10,035 bases of DNA, from assembly GCA_964549075.1 (NCBI GenBank), contig CAZJUB010000094.1, positions 1-10,035 on the forward strand. Direction: 5' to 3'. The notes below the pieces were generated by a model. That model was not told the origin of the DNA. It ran no database searches and saw only the letters and a program-made list of their open reading frames with translations. A program made the position numbers and the translations under genes. The stretch comes from an uncultured archaeon (GTDB taxonomy: Archaea; Asgardarchaeota; Heimdallarchaeia; Heimdallarchaeales; Heimdallarchaeaceae). Below are positions 1 through 7,675 of this stretch, piece after piece; position 1 is the first letter of the stretch; each line of letters begins with the position of its first letter.

Positions 1-957
1 TTAAACGAAGATACTAAAGTTAAAGCGACTCAGGAAGGTTTTGAAACTTTAACCCAACTTCATTTTAAGAATAAAGTACAAAATTGGGAAGAGCTACTTA
101 CAAATTTAACACAGAAGAATCTTCTAGTATCAGCAGATGGACTCTATTCTCTAACTGAAGAAGGGAGAAAAATTGGCAAAGAGATCAGAGCAAAGTGGCA
201 TAGTAAAAGGTATGATGACATCTTAATCAGATGCACAAAAAGTAAAGCTTATAGCTTGTTTTGTGAGAAAGTCTTTGGTAGGGATCTGATTCAGTTTAAC
301 GCTTCAGATATGGTGCAATTAGATACTTTGATAGACTCTCTTCAACTCCACCCTGACGATCTAATCTTGGATATGGGGTGTGGGTTAGGGAAAGTTGCAG
401 AATATGTCGTTGAAAAAACTGGTGTCAAACTTGTCGGAATAGATTTCTCTGAAGCAGCAATCAACTGGGCAGAGGAACATATTCAAGCTAAGAACGAAAA
501 GTTAGAATTTTACATACAAAATTTTAACAAACTAGCTTTTCCTCCTTCAACTTTTGATGCAATCATCTCCATAGACACGTTTTATTTTGTGGAGGATTTT
601 GATATAATGATAAAAAAACTCAAGCAAATCCTTAAACCAGGTGGACAAATGGGGATTTTTTATGCTCAGATTATAACTGAAAATGACCCTAAAGAGCTTT
701 TGAAAGCTGAAAATACTAAGTTGGCTAAAGTGTTAACTCAAAATGGTTTAGAGTATGAAGTTGTGGATTTTACAGACAATATTAGGAAATTATGGCAAAG
801 GGAAGTAGCTACAGCGGAAGAGCTGAAAGAAATGTTTGAGCAAGAAGGGAATCTCGTTCTGTATGAGGACAGGATAGCAGATAGTAAAAACGTGATTAGA
901 AATTTGGAAAACAACCTACAGCGAAGATTTTTCTATCATATAAAATTAGATAATTAG
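1..957 (+). CDS. Class I SAM-dependent methyltransferase with N-terminal winged-helix-like domain (5' partial; ORF track start at 256 is too late)
   Basis: Frame +1 is open from base 1 (LNEDTKVKATQEGF...NLLVSADGLYSLTEEGRKIG...) into the listed ORF. SAM motif I ILDMGCGLG, motif II LVGIDFS, FDAIISID and LKPGG are present. 'GLYSLTEEG' resembles a wHTH wing. Confidence 0.88.
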   Translation, partial: LNEDTKVKATQEGFETLTQLHFKNKVQNWEELLTNLTQKNLLVSADGLYSLTEEGRKIGKEIRAKWHSKRYDDILIRCTKSKAYSLFCEKVFGRDLIQFNASDMVQLDTLIDSLQLHPDDLILDMGCGLGKVAEYVVEKTGVKLVGIDFSEAAINWAEEHIQAKNEKLEFYIQNFNKLAFPPSTFDAIISIDTFYFVEDFDIMIKKLKQILKPGGQMGIFYAQIITENDPKELLKAENTKLAKVLTQNGLEYEVVDFTDNIRKLWQREVATAEELKEMFEQEGNLVLYEDRIADSKNVIRNLENNLQRRFFYHIKLDN

Positions 958-1055
958 GACTATGAAAAACAACCAAAAAATGTTAAGAAATTAGCTTTAT
1001 GAAGAAGCCAATATATCGTCCTTGATCATATAAATAAGAAAATTTTCTATTTTTT

Positions 1056-1070
1056 GATAAATTTTATTAA
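1056..1070 (+). promoter_or_regulatory. Candidate archaeal BRE/TATA promoter of the GNAT gene
   Basis: GATAAATTTTATTAA lies about 30 nt before TTG 1098. A similar GATAAGATTTTTATT lies about 25 nt before ATG 7676. The AT-rich background weakens this call. Confidence 0.35.
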
Positions 1071-1097
1071 TGTCCAGAACTGGTTTATTTTTGAGAT

Positions 1098-2144
1098 TTG
1101 AAGAAAATGAAGTACAGAATTGAAGAATACAACCCCAAAGAAGTACCTGATGAGTTCTGGGAAGGGTATTTCGAATTCAATGAAGCTAATTTCAGATATC
1201 ACAATCCTGATGATCCTTTACCCAATAGAGAAGCCATCATTCAACGTCAGAAAGCTGATATACCTAATTTTTATGTTAAACGATGGCTAGCTTTTACTCC
1301 TGAAGATAAAATCGTTGGGTGGGCAGGTTTTGGAGCTGCTACTGATACTTCTCCAGAATATGAAAAAAATAAACATCTTTGCCAGTTGAACATAGCTGTC
1401 TTACCTGATTACCAACGCAAAGGGATAGGAACTGCTCTGCTCAAAGTGTGTGTTCAAGAAGCTCAATCTCTTAATAAAACTGTTATTGAAACTGGTACTA
1501 ATCATGATTCTGGACGATCTTTCTTAAAGAAGTATGGCGCAGATTTCACTATTGAAGCAGCAGAGAATCGTCTAGAGTTGGAAGATGTCGACTGGAATCT
1601 CATGCAATCTTGGGTTGATGAAGGACCTAAAAGAGCTGAGGGTGTAACCATTGAATCTTTTTACGATTGTCCTGAAGAGATTCTTGATGAATACTGTGAG
1701 ATGTTTACAGAAGCGTTAAATATGCAACCTCTTGGAGAAACTGAACATCGTTCGAAAATTGATGGAAAATTTCGACGACAGCTAGAACAACGGTTTAAAG
1801 ATACAGGTCAGATTTCCTATACTCTTATCAGTAGAGAAAGGGATAGGAGAATTTCTGGGATGACTGATATACTCTATGATCCTCGAAATAGCGACAGGGT
1901 TTTACAACAACTAACTGGAGTCCGTCCTGAATTCAGAGGGAGAGGACTAGGGAAATGGCTTAAAGGTAAAATGATTCTTCATATAAGAGATACTTATCCT
2001 GATGTTCAAAGAATAATCACTGGCAATGCTGAATCTAATGCACCCATGCTTTCCATTAATCAGAGGATGGGTTTCAAGAAGTACAAAGGAGCAGAGGGAT
2101 ATAAATTCCACACTGAAGATTTAGCTAAGAAACTTGGTATTTAA
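1098..2144 (+). CDS. Tandem (two-domain) GNAT family N-acetyltransferase
   Basis: Two acetyl-CoA motif A copies (VLPDYQRKGIGTALL; TGVRPEFRGRGLGKWLK) and C-terminal NAESNAPMLSINQRMGF. Start is either TTG 1098 or ATG 1107. Confidence 0.92.
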   Translation: MKKMKYRIEEYNPKEVPDEFWEGYFEFNEANFRYHNPDDPLPNREAIIQRQKADIPNFYVKRWLAFTPEDKIVGWAGFGAATDTSPEYEKNKHLCQLNIAVLPDYQRKGIGTALLKVCVQEAQSLNKTVIETGTNHDSGRSFLKKYGADFTIEAAENRLELEDVDWNLMQSWVDEGPKRAEGVTIESFYDCPEEILDEYCEMFTEALNMQPLGETEHRSKIDGKFRRQLEQRFKDTGQISYTLISRERDRRISGMTDILYDPRNSDRVLQQLTGVRPEFRGRGLGKWLKGKMILHIRDTYPDVQRIITGNAESNAPMLSINQRMGFKKYKGAEGYKFHTEDLAKKLGI

Positions 2145-2232
2145 AGGAAGATAGAATAAGAAACTTGATCTGAATAATCGTTGATGTTCTTCCCAGATGT
2201 TCAAGGTGAATTATAAAAAAAGGTAGAAGAGT

Positions 2233-3192
2233 TTATTTCTTCTTTTTCTTGAAATAAACTATTATAGCACTTATTGCTGCTACTCCCAAGACTACCCCCA
2301 CTACTATTCCTACAACAGCATTACTTGTTTTAATATTAATCTCATAAGGTACGAACCTTAAAGTAAGATTATAACCCGGTTGATTCTCATACGAACTGAG
2401 TAGTAAACCTGTTGTTGCTTCGTAGTATACTTCAACTTCATCGAGTATTTCAAATGAGAAAGTAAAGCTATCATTATATGCTACGTGTATAGTATCATAA
2501 GGTTCTGTACTTACGTTTATAGAAGGTTTATCAACAACTTTGCCAGGATTATCCTTGAAATTTATCTCATTGTCAATTTCTGCTTTTGGGGAAATTGCAA
2601 AAATAGTCCAAGGAAATAGGGATTTAATATCTTGATTGAACGTTTTCCAGTAGTCAGCAGTTGATTCAAGTTCAGGATATCTTGGATCCAAAGGATCAAC
2701 TTCACCAATAATATAGGATGTACCGTTAATGTAAGTAATTTTTACATTACTTTCATTGGTTAAACCAGCTATCGTATCAAGATATAAGGTTGAAATTTCA
2801 AGACTCCAAGTGCTATTCGAAAGAAATATTCTTCCTGCAAATAACAGTGTTGTTCTATTATGTTCAAAAATGAGCTGTGTCCACTCTACAGTAGTCATTG
2901 CCTCAAAGAAAGAGAATTCCACATCTTCTGAATAATTGTAACTGACTTTCAGTTGAATTAGGTTATATGGAGAATCTCTTGGTTTGAATATATCTTCAAC
3001 TATAACTTCATTTTTCCAGATCAACACATCAGTATGGGTATCATTCGTATAGAGATAGTTACCTTTAACATAACTTCCTTTCGTTAATTTTAACTCATCT
3101 GGAGCTATCAATCCTTGAGAAAGGTCTGAAATAAAGATTGAAGATATAAAGAATCCTAAGACGAAAAATGTAACAAATAATCTCTTCTTCAT
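2233..3192 (-). CDS. Secreted, C-terminally membrane-anchored cell-surface protein (319 aa)
   Basis: ATG at 3192 gives MKKRLFVTFFVLGFFISSIFIS (signal peptide-like), preferred over the track start at 3252. Beta-rich ectodomain with several N-x-S/T sequons, then a C-terminal TM (AVVGIVVGVVLGVAAISAIIVYF) and KKKKK. An A7 run at 2215-2221 gives a T tract downstream on the minus strand. Confidence 0.8.
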   Translation of the reverse strand: MKKRLFVTFFVLGFFISSIFISDLSQGLIAPDELKLTKGSYVKGNYLYTNDTHTDVLIWKNEVIVEDIFKPRDSPYNLIQLKVSYNYSEDVEFSFFEAMTTVEWTQLIFEHNRTTLLFAGRIFLSNSTWSLEISTLYLDTIAGLTNESNVKITYINGTSYIIGEVDPLDPRYPELESTADYWKTFNQDIKSLFPWTIFAISPKAEIDNEINFKDNPGKVVDKPSINVSTEPYDTIHVAYNDSFTFSFEILDEVEVYYEATTGLLLSSYENQPGYNLTLRFVPYEINIKTSNAVVGIVVGVVLGVAAISAIIVYFKKKKK

Positions 3193-3315
3193 AGTAGATA
3201 AAAATAGTAACACTGGACTAATTAATATTATGGAAGGATTCTTTATACACAAGTTAGTTATTTGTAGATTTAGTTTAAGAGATGTATCTAATTGAAAACT
3301 TGGTGAAGTATTTGC

Positions 3316-3454
3316 TTAAAGGGTACTTTATTTTTTCCCCACTAATAAGTTACTCTGTTCTTAGCTCTTTTCTATTCTCTTTATGCACTCCATGGACAAA
3401 AATCCAAAAAGGATTATCTAGTATCCTTCTGATTAATACTGTTTTTCCCTTATG
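3316..3454 (-). pseudogene. Degraded 3' fragment of a DinB/YfiT-family gene, homologous to the end of 6819-7382
   Basis: Minus strand reads HKGKTVLIRRILDNPFWIFVHGVHKENRKELRTE* versus HTGQIVLIRRMFDNPFWSFVGGVNKENRKELREEW in the other copy. TAA at 3350-3352 sits at a Trp position, and there is no 5' part. Confidence 0.88.
3362..3439. repeat. Diverged direct repeat, copy 1 (copy 2 at 6870-6947)
   Basis: Ungapped manual alignment gives 61/78 nt identical and 21/26 aa identical. Confidence 0.9.
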
Positions 3455-3534
3455 TTTCTATATCTTTTTGATACCAACAATATAAAAGGTATTTTTTTAT
3501 TTATTTTTTACAAAAATATGACATTCTAATTATG

Positions 3535-3578
3535 TTTATATTCAATGGTTTGGATAATTAAAAATGAGTGAAGAGGTG
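3535..3578 (+). promoter_or_regulatory. Candidate TATA box and Shine-Dalgarno of the Argonaute gene
   Basis: TTTATATT at 3535-3542. GAGGTG at 3573-3578 lies 5 nt before ATG 3584. The SD is more convincing than the TATA box. Confidence 0.5.
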
Positions 3579-3583
3579 TAGAA

Positions 3584-5932
3584 ATGGAGAAAGCACTATT
3601 AAATCTCTATAGAATAAAACTAAATTATGATAAACTTAACCTATATGAAATACAGTTAGATACAAATCTTTTGAAAGAGAGTGAAAAATTTTCTATAGTA
3701 AACAAGATAAGTTTCAGATTGTATGGATTAAATAAATTTTTCATCTCTGCCTATCTAAATTACATAGCATGTAAACAATTTGATAAACTTGATATAAGAC
3801 AGGTTGAAAATGTATTAAAAGAAGAACTGAAGTATGCAGGTTTGGACATTAATTTCAAAGTAAATTATAAGGAAATAAAGTTTGAGAGTGATCCAAGACT
3901 TTTTCAGCAATTTGTAGAAAGATTTCTTATCTTAGAAATAAACGATTTTCTCCGTAAATCTGGTTTTCAGACATTTCGAAGGAGTCGATATATTTCCGTT
4001 AGATTAACTGAATTAGTAGATAAATCTCTATTAATAATGAACAATTATAAAGCAGAAAGATTTGTAAACTTACGTATTATAACAAATCAAAATAATCAAA
4101 AAGAGCCATTTCTTCAAATTGATTCTACTTCCTCAATTGAAGGTACTACAACTATATGGGAACAGTTAAACCAATATATATCTAAGAATAAAATATCGAT
4201 AGAACAACTCAAAGAAAATACTGAACTACAAGAAGAGCTTAATTTAGAATTCAAATCAAATAATCCTAGATTAACTACAACATATAGTAGAAAACTTGCT
4301 ATGGGTGGTGAAAAGAAAGATCTTTATTTCTTTGTTAACTTTGATTTTAATAATAATCCTTATACAAGAAAAATAGTGATAGATAATAAGGAAATTTCTG
4401 TAAGCGAGTATTATAAATCCAAGTACAATATTGCTTTTGAGGAAAAAGAACAATTCATTGTAAATGTTCGAAGAGCTTCTCTTGGTGGTTCAAGAAGAGA
4501 TACAATTCAAGCGATTCCTATTCCTAGTAACTTGATAATTGAAACTCCTGATACAAAATCTTTAGAAAGATATGATTTCTCTTATGAGTATTCTAAATTT
4601 ACTCTTTTATCTCCTGAAGATAGAAAAAAGCTCATCGATGTTATATCATCCATCTTAATAGCAAATAATTTTATTTCTGCAGATTTAGAAGTTGATATCT
4701 TCAGAACAAAATTGCCAGAATTATTTGATGGAAAAAGAAAATTTTCATTCTATGATGAGAGAGATTACTCGGGGCAATATTTGGAATTTCCCGATATCAA
4801 ACGGATTAAGATTTTAGTTTTTTCAAAAACAGAATCTTGGTTTAATAGAAACAATGGGGGAACTATTATTAATTCATTAAAAAACGAGATTTTTTCTCAT
4901 CTAAATTTTGTTTCTACTGATTCAAGTAACAAAATTGAAAATATCAATTATGAAATTTTCTTTGAAATTCAAAAGAATTGGAAAAATACGATAGATAGAT
5001 TGATGCATAATAACAAGTTTGACGCCTATATAATTGTTACTTCACCACCTTCACAAACTTTCTACAATTACGTAAAACGAACATTTAGTATTAAAAAAGG
5101 TATACCAACACAATTTATCCTATTTTCAACGCTTCAAAAGCTTTACAAGAAAAAACATATGAAAGGTTTGGCTAAATCTTTGGTCAAACAGATTGTGGTG
5201 AAGTGTGGAGGAATCCCATATCTTCTAGTTAATAACAATATAAAAGAGACTATTTATATTGGTGTAGACAGATCAAGAGATGTTTTTAGTGATAAGCCTT
5301 CTTTAAGTGCTGGAGTTGCTGCTGTTGCTCCTAATGGAGAATATTTAGGTGCAGATTCTACATATCTAGACAAGTATACTGATGATTTCATCGACATAGC
5401 TGAAATACTACCTAGGATAATATCTAAGATAAAAACACAATGTCCTAAAGCTAAAAAATTAGTGGTTTTACGTGATGGTGGAAAATACAATATCACTGAC
5501 TATGAATTGAATACTGCAGAAAAAATTACAGAAGAAGAAAATCTCGATCTTATTTTTCTTTCTGCTAATAAATCTAGTGGATTTAGAGCTTTTAAACATA
5601 TGAACAATAAATTTGAAGGTTTTTCTCAACCAGTTTTAATCAAAGATCTACCAAATGATCAAGAAGATTTTCTCATTTTCACTACTCTACCAAGACATGG
5701 AACACAAACACCCATATTATATTCTATCCTAAAGAATACCACAGAGTTTTCATATAGTGAGATTAAGGTAGAATTAGCTGATGATTTAGCAGGTTTATGT
5801 AGTCTCGTTTGGGAAGCGATGGGACCAACAAACTTACCACTACCTTTACATTATGCAGACAAACTAGCTGGTTTTTGTAAGAACATTGAAACTCCTTGGG
5901 ATTCTGAGATAGAAGCACCTCTCTTTATCTAA
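3584..5932 (+). CDS. ago: Long prokaryotic Argonaute (N-L1-PAZ-L2-MID-PIWI), 782 aa
   Basis: MID 5'-phosphate pocket Y494/K498/Q510/K540 (FYNYVK...GIPTQFI...QIVVKCGGIP). PIWI motifs IYIGVD(562), LVVLRD(631)GG and LPLPLHYAD(759)KLA. PAZ motif ISVSEYYKSKYNI, L2 motif TLLSPEDR, hydrophobic C-terminus APLFI. Confidence 0.96.
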   Translation: MEKALLNLYRIKLNYDKLNLYEIQLDTNLLKESEKFSIVNKISFRLYGLNKFFISAYLNYIACKQFDKLDIRQVENVLKEELKYAGLDINFKVNYKEIKFESDPRLFQQFVERFLILEINDFLRKSGFQTFRRSRYISVRLTELVDKSLLIMNNYKAERFVNLRIITNQNNQKEPFLQIDSTSSIEGTTTIWEQLNQYISKNKISIEQLKENTELQEELNLEFKSNNPRLTTTYSRKLAMGGEKKDLYFFVNFDFNNNPYTRKIVIDNKEISVSEYYKSKYNIAFEEKEQFIVNVRRASLGGSRRDTIQAIPIPSNLIIETPDTKSLERYDFSYEYSKFTLLSPEDRKKLIDVISSILIANNFISADLEVDIFRTKLPELFDGKRKFSFYDERDYSGQYLEFPDIKRIKILVFSKTESWFNRNNGGTIINSLKNEIFSHLNFVSTDSSNKIENINYEIFFEIQKNWKNTIDRLMHNNKFDAYIIVTSPPSQTFYNYVKRTFSIKKGIPTQFILFSTLQKLYKKKHMKGLAKSLVKQIVVKCGGIPYLLVNNNIKETIYIGVDRSRDVFSDKPSLSAGVAAVAPNGEYLGADSTYLDKYTDDFIDIAEILPRIISKIKTQCPKAKKLVVLRDGGKYNITDYELNTAEKITEEENLDLIFLSANKSSGFRAFKHMNNKFEGFSQPVLIKDLPNDQEDFLIFTTLPRHGTQTPILYSILKNTTEFSYSEIKVELADDLAGLCSLVWEAMGPTNLPLPLHYADKLAGFCKNIETPWDSEIEAPLFI

Positions 5933-5961
5933 AGCTTACTATGAAAGAGTGAAGTGATACA

Positions 5962-6396
5962 ATGAAAGAAAATAAACAAAAAAAAGTAAGATTTACTTGG
6001 ATCACTCATATATTTGATTTTGGACAAAAATATAGTATAGAAGGAAAAGATAAACATAAACTGATATACAACTCACTTTTTGTTCCTCTTATGATTTCTC
6101 ATATAACTATGATTGTAATAATATCAATTCTATCACACTTTCAAGTAATAAATGTACATGTTTCACCTATATTCCCCACGCCATATTATAATAGCGCTGG
6201 ATTTTTTGTGCTTTTTTCTGTTATTCCTGAATTACTTTATGTTAGTGCATTTTTACTTTTCTTTTATGATTTAAGAGAACAGAAGGAAGAAGAGAAAAAC
6301 AAAACTGAGGAGAAAGATCATCTGAAATTGGTACTTTTCCTTATATTTTTAGCTGTGATTATTCAGTTTATCATACTACTATTCTTTTATCTTTAA
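5962..6396 (+). CDS. Hypothetical integral membrane protein (3 predicted TM helices), possibly Argonaute-associated
   Basis: Three hydrophobic stretches (LFVPLMISHITMIVIISIL; AGFFVLFSVIPELLYVSAFLLFFY; LVLFLIFLAVIIQFIILLFFYL) and a charged loop. It starts 29 nt after the ago stop, with purine-rich GAGTGAAGTGA upstream. Confidence 0.72.
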   Translation: MKENKQKKVRFTWITHIFDFGQKYSIEGKDKHKLIYNSLFVPLMISHITMIVIISILSHFQVINVHVSPIFPTPYYNSAGFFVLFSVIPELLYVSAFLLFFYDLREQKEEEKNKTEEKDHLKLVLFLIFLAVIIQFIILLFFYL

Positions 6397-6413
6397 TTTC
6401 TTTTTCTTTTTTT
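6397..6413 (+). terminator. Archaeal oligo-T terminator candidate
   Basis: TTTCTTTTTCTTTTTTT immediately follows the TAA at 6394-6396. Confidence 0.55.
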
Positions 6414-6451
6414 CAATCAAAAACATTCCTATTTATTTTCTGTTTTGTACG

Positions 6452-6798
6452 ATTCTTCCTTAAATAATCGAAACAAGTTCTGTATATCTTTACTGAGAAG
6501 AAGTTTATGGTGCCACCTTTTATTATATCTACAGACCAACTAATCCTATCTGGATTATGGAAGGAATAACACCTATTGACTTTACATCAAACACAGATTT
6601 TATTAATTATTTACTGGATGAAGGTACATATTATTACGCTGTTGTAGCAGATAATTTTGTAGATAATAGTTTGACATCTCGCTTAGCTTATGTTGAGTAT
6701 AAAATTCCGCATCTAAGAGAATTTGCGATAATAACAAGTTTACTAGTAAGTACAGTTATTATCTCATTTTTGTATTTAGAAAGTGAAAAAAGCAATGA
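6452..6798 (+). pseudogene. Relic C-terminus of a surface protein (FN3-like domain + TM anchor)
   Basis: In frame upstream of ATG 6557: ILP*IIETSSVYLY*EEVYGATFYYIYRP...EGTYYYAVVADN. TGA 6494-6496 sits where FN3 has its conserved Trp. After the TM, the basic tail VFRK*KKQ* is in another frame following the T5 run at 6767-6771. There is no N-terminus. Confidence 0.7.
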
Positions 6799-6818
6799 GA
6801 TATTTTTTTCTTTCTATT

Positions 6819-7382
6819 TTATCTATACTTTTCTTTTTTTTCTTTCCACCAAGTTGCCCATTCTTCTCTAAGCTCTTTCCTATTTTCTTTATTCACTCCT
6901 CCTACAAAACTCCAGAAGGGATTATCAAACATCCTTCTAATCAAAACTATCTGCCCTGTATGTCCCAGCATATGGAGAGCTACTCTTTTTATCAGATCTG
7001 ACAGTTTTTCCTGTGCTTTCTCGTGTGGTATCTCTTCAAATTTCTCTTCTTCTAGATTCTCTAATATTTGATAGAATTTTTCTGTTATTTTCAGATGAGC
7101 ATCTAGTAGTTTTACATATGAATAAGGATAATTTTTGATTCTATCTTTGGAAATTCCATAATCATAAAAATCCCCTTCTTCTTTGGTCGGCAATTGTTTA
7201 TTAGCTAACAGAAACAAATACCAATCAACATGTTAAACGCAAAGCCCAACGATCCAGGCGATAGTATTGACATTTTCTACTGCTCTTTGATTTACTAGTT
7301 CTGGTTTCACTTCTTTTAAAGCCATCAGGAAATTAATCTCTGCTATTTCTAAAAATGATAGAAGTTCTTCTTTAGTATCCAA
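6819..7382 (-). pseudogene. DinB/YfiT-like (DinB_2) putative metalloenzyme with an internal stop codon
   Basis: From TTG 7382: DTKEELLSFLEIAEINFLMALKEV...NTIAWIVGLCV*HVDWYL...RVALHMLGHTGQIVLIRR. In-frame TAA at 7233-7235. The HxxxHxGQ motif is intact, but the first metal-binding His (expected 'WIVGH') reads Leu (CTT). Confidence 0.85.
6870..6947. repeat. Diverged direct repeat, copy 2 (copy 1 at 3362-3439)
   Basis: 61/78 nt identity with copy 1. Confidence 0.9.
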
Positions 7383-7675
7383 GCTTCTTATCCCTATGTT
7401 CAAAGGTTCAAGTTCTTATTGAAATGGAAAATTATTGTTCCTATTTTCTTAATTCTAATCATTATTCCTGATACTTTTGTAATTATCTTTCAACCTTTTA
7501 GAATTTCTAATACTATTGATTATTCTTTGTTCCCCACTAAACTCTCTTCTATTAGTACTCAAGAGTTCTTTTGCGAGGATTTATTTGTTCATGATGAACC
7601 ATTTTTTTCTCTTATCTGAATTTTTTTCTACTGTCACGATAAGATTTTTATTCTTTCATTATTATAACGTAAGGT

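Noticed and set aside
1037-1048. Palindrome AGAAAATTTTCT as an operator
   Set aside because: Low complexity and expected by chance at this AT content.
1-2144. Methyltransferase or GNAT as Ago partners (e.g. HEN1-like guide methylation)
   Set aside because: They lie outside the dinB-bracketed cassette, are separated by an opposite-strand gene, and show no HEN1-specific motif that I can recognise.
3282-3485. 67-aa plus-strand ORF
   Set aside because: It is the antisense shadow of the dinB 3' remnant.
4271-4453. 60-aa minus-strand ORF
   Set aside because: Antisense within ago, with no independent support.
5254-5496. 80-aa minus-strand ORF
   Set aside because: Antisense to the PIWI core.
6494-6496. 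TGA recoding as Trp or Sec
   Set aside because: Intact genes use TGG for Trp, TGA ends the 8409-8969 gene, and the same relic also has a TAA and a frameshift.
6557-6871. 104-aa ORF as an intact gene
   Set aside because: Homology-like sequence continues upstream through stops, and the tail is frameshifted into the opposite gene. Treated as a pseudogene.
6783-7001. 72-aa plus-strand ORF
   Set aside because: Antisense shadow of the DinB-family gene.
7419-7619. 66-aa hydrophobic ORF (TTG start)
   Set aside because: T-rich, no start signals and no recognisable motif. It may be decayed sequence; I cannot support a gene on either strand.
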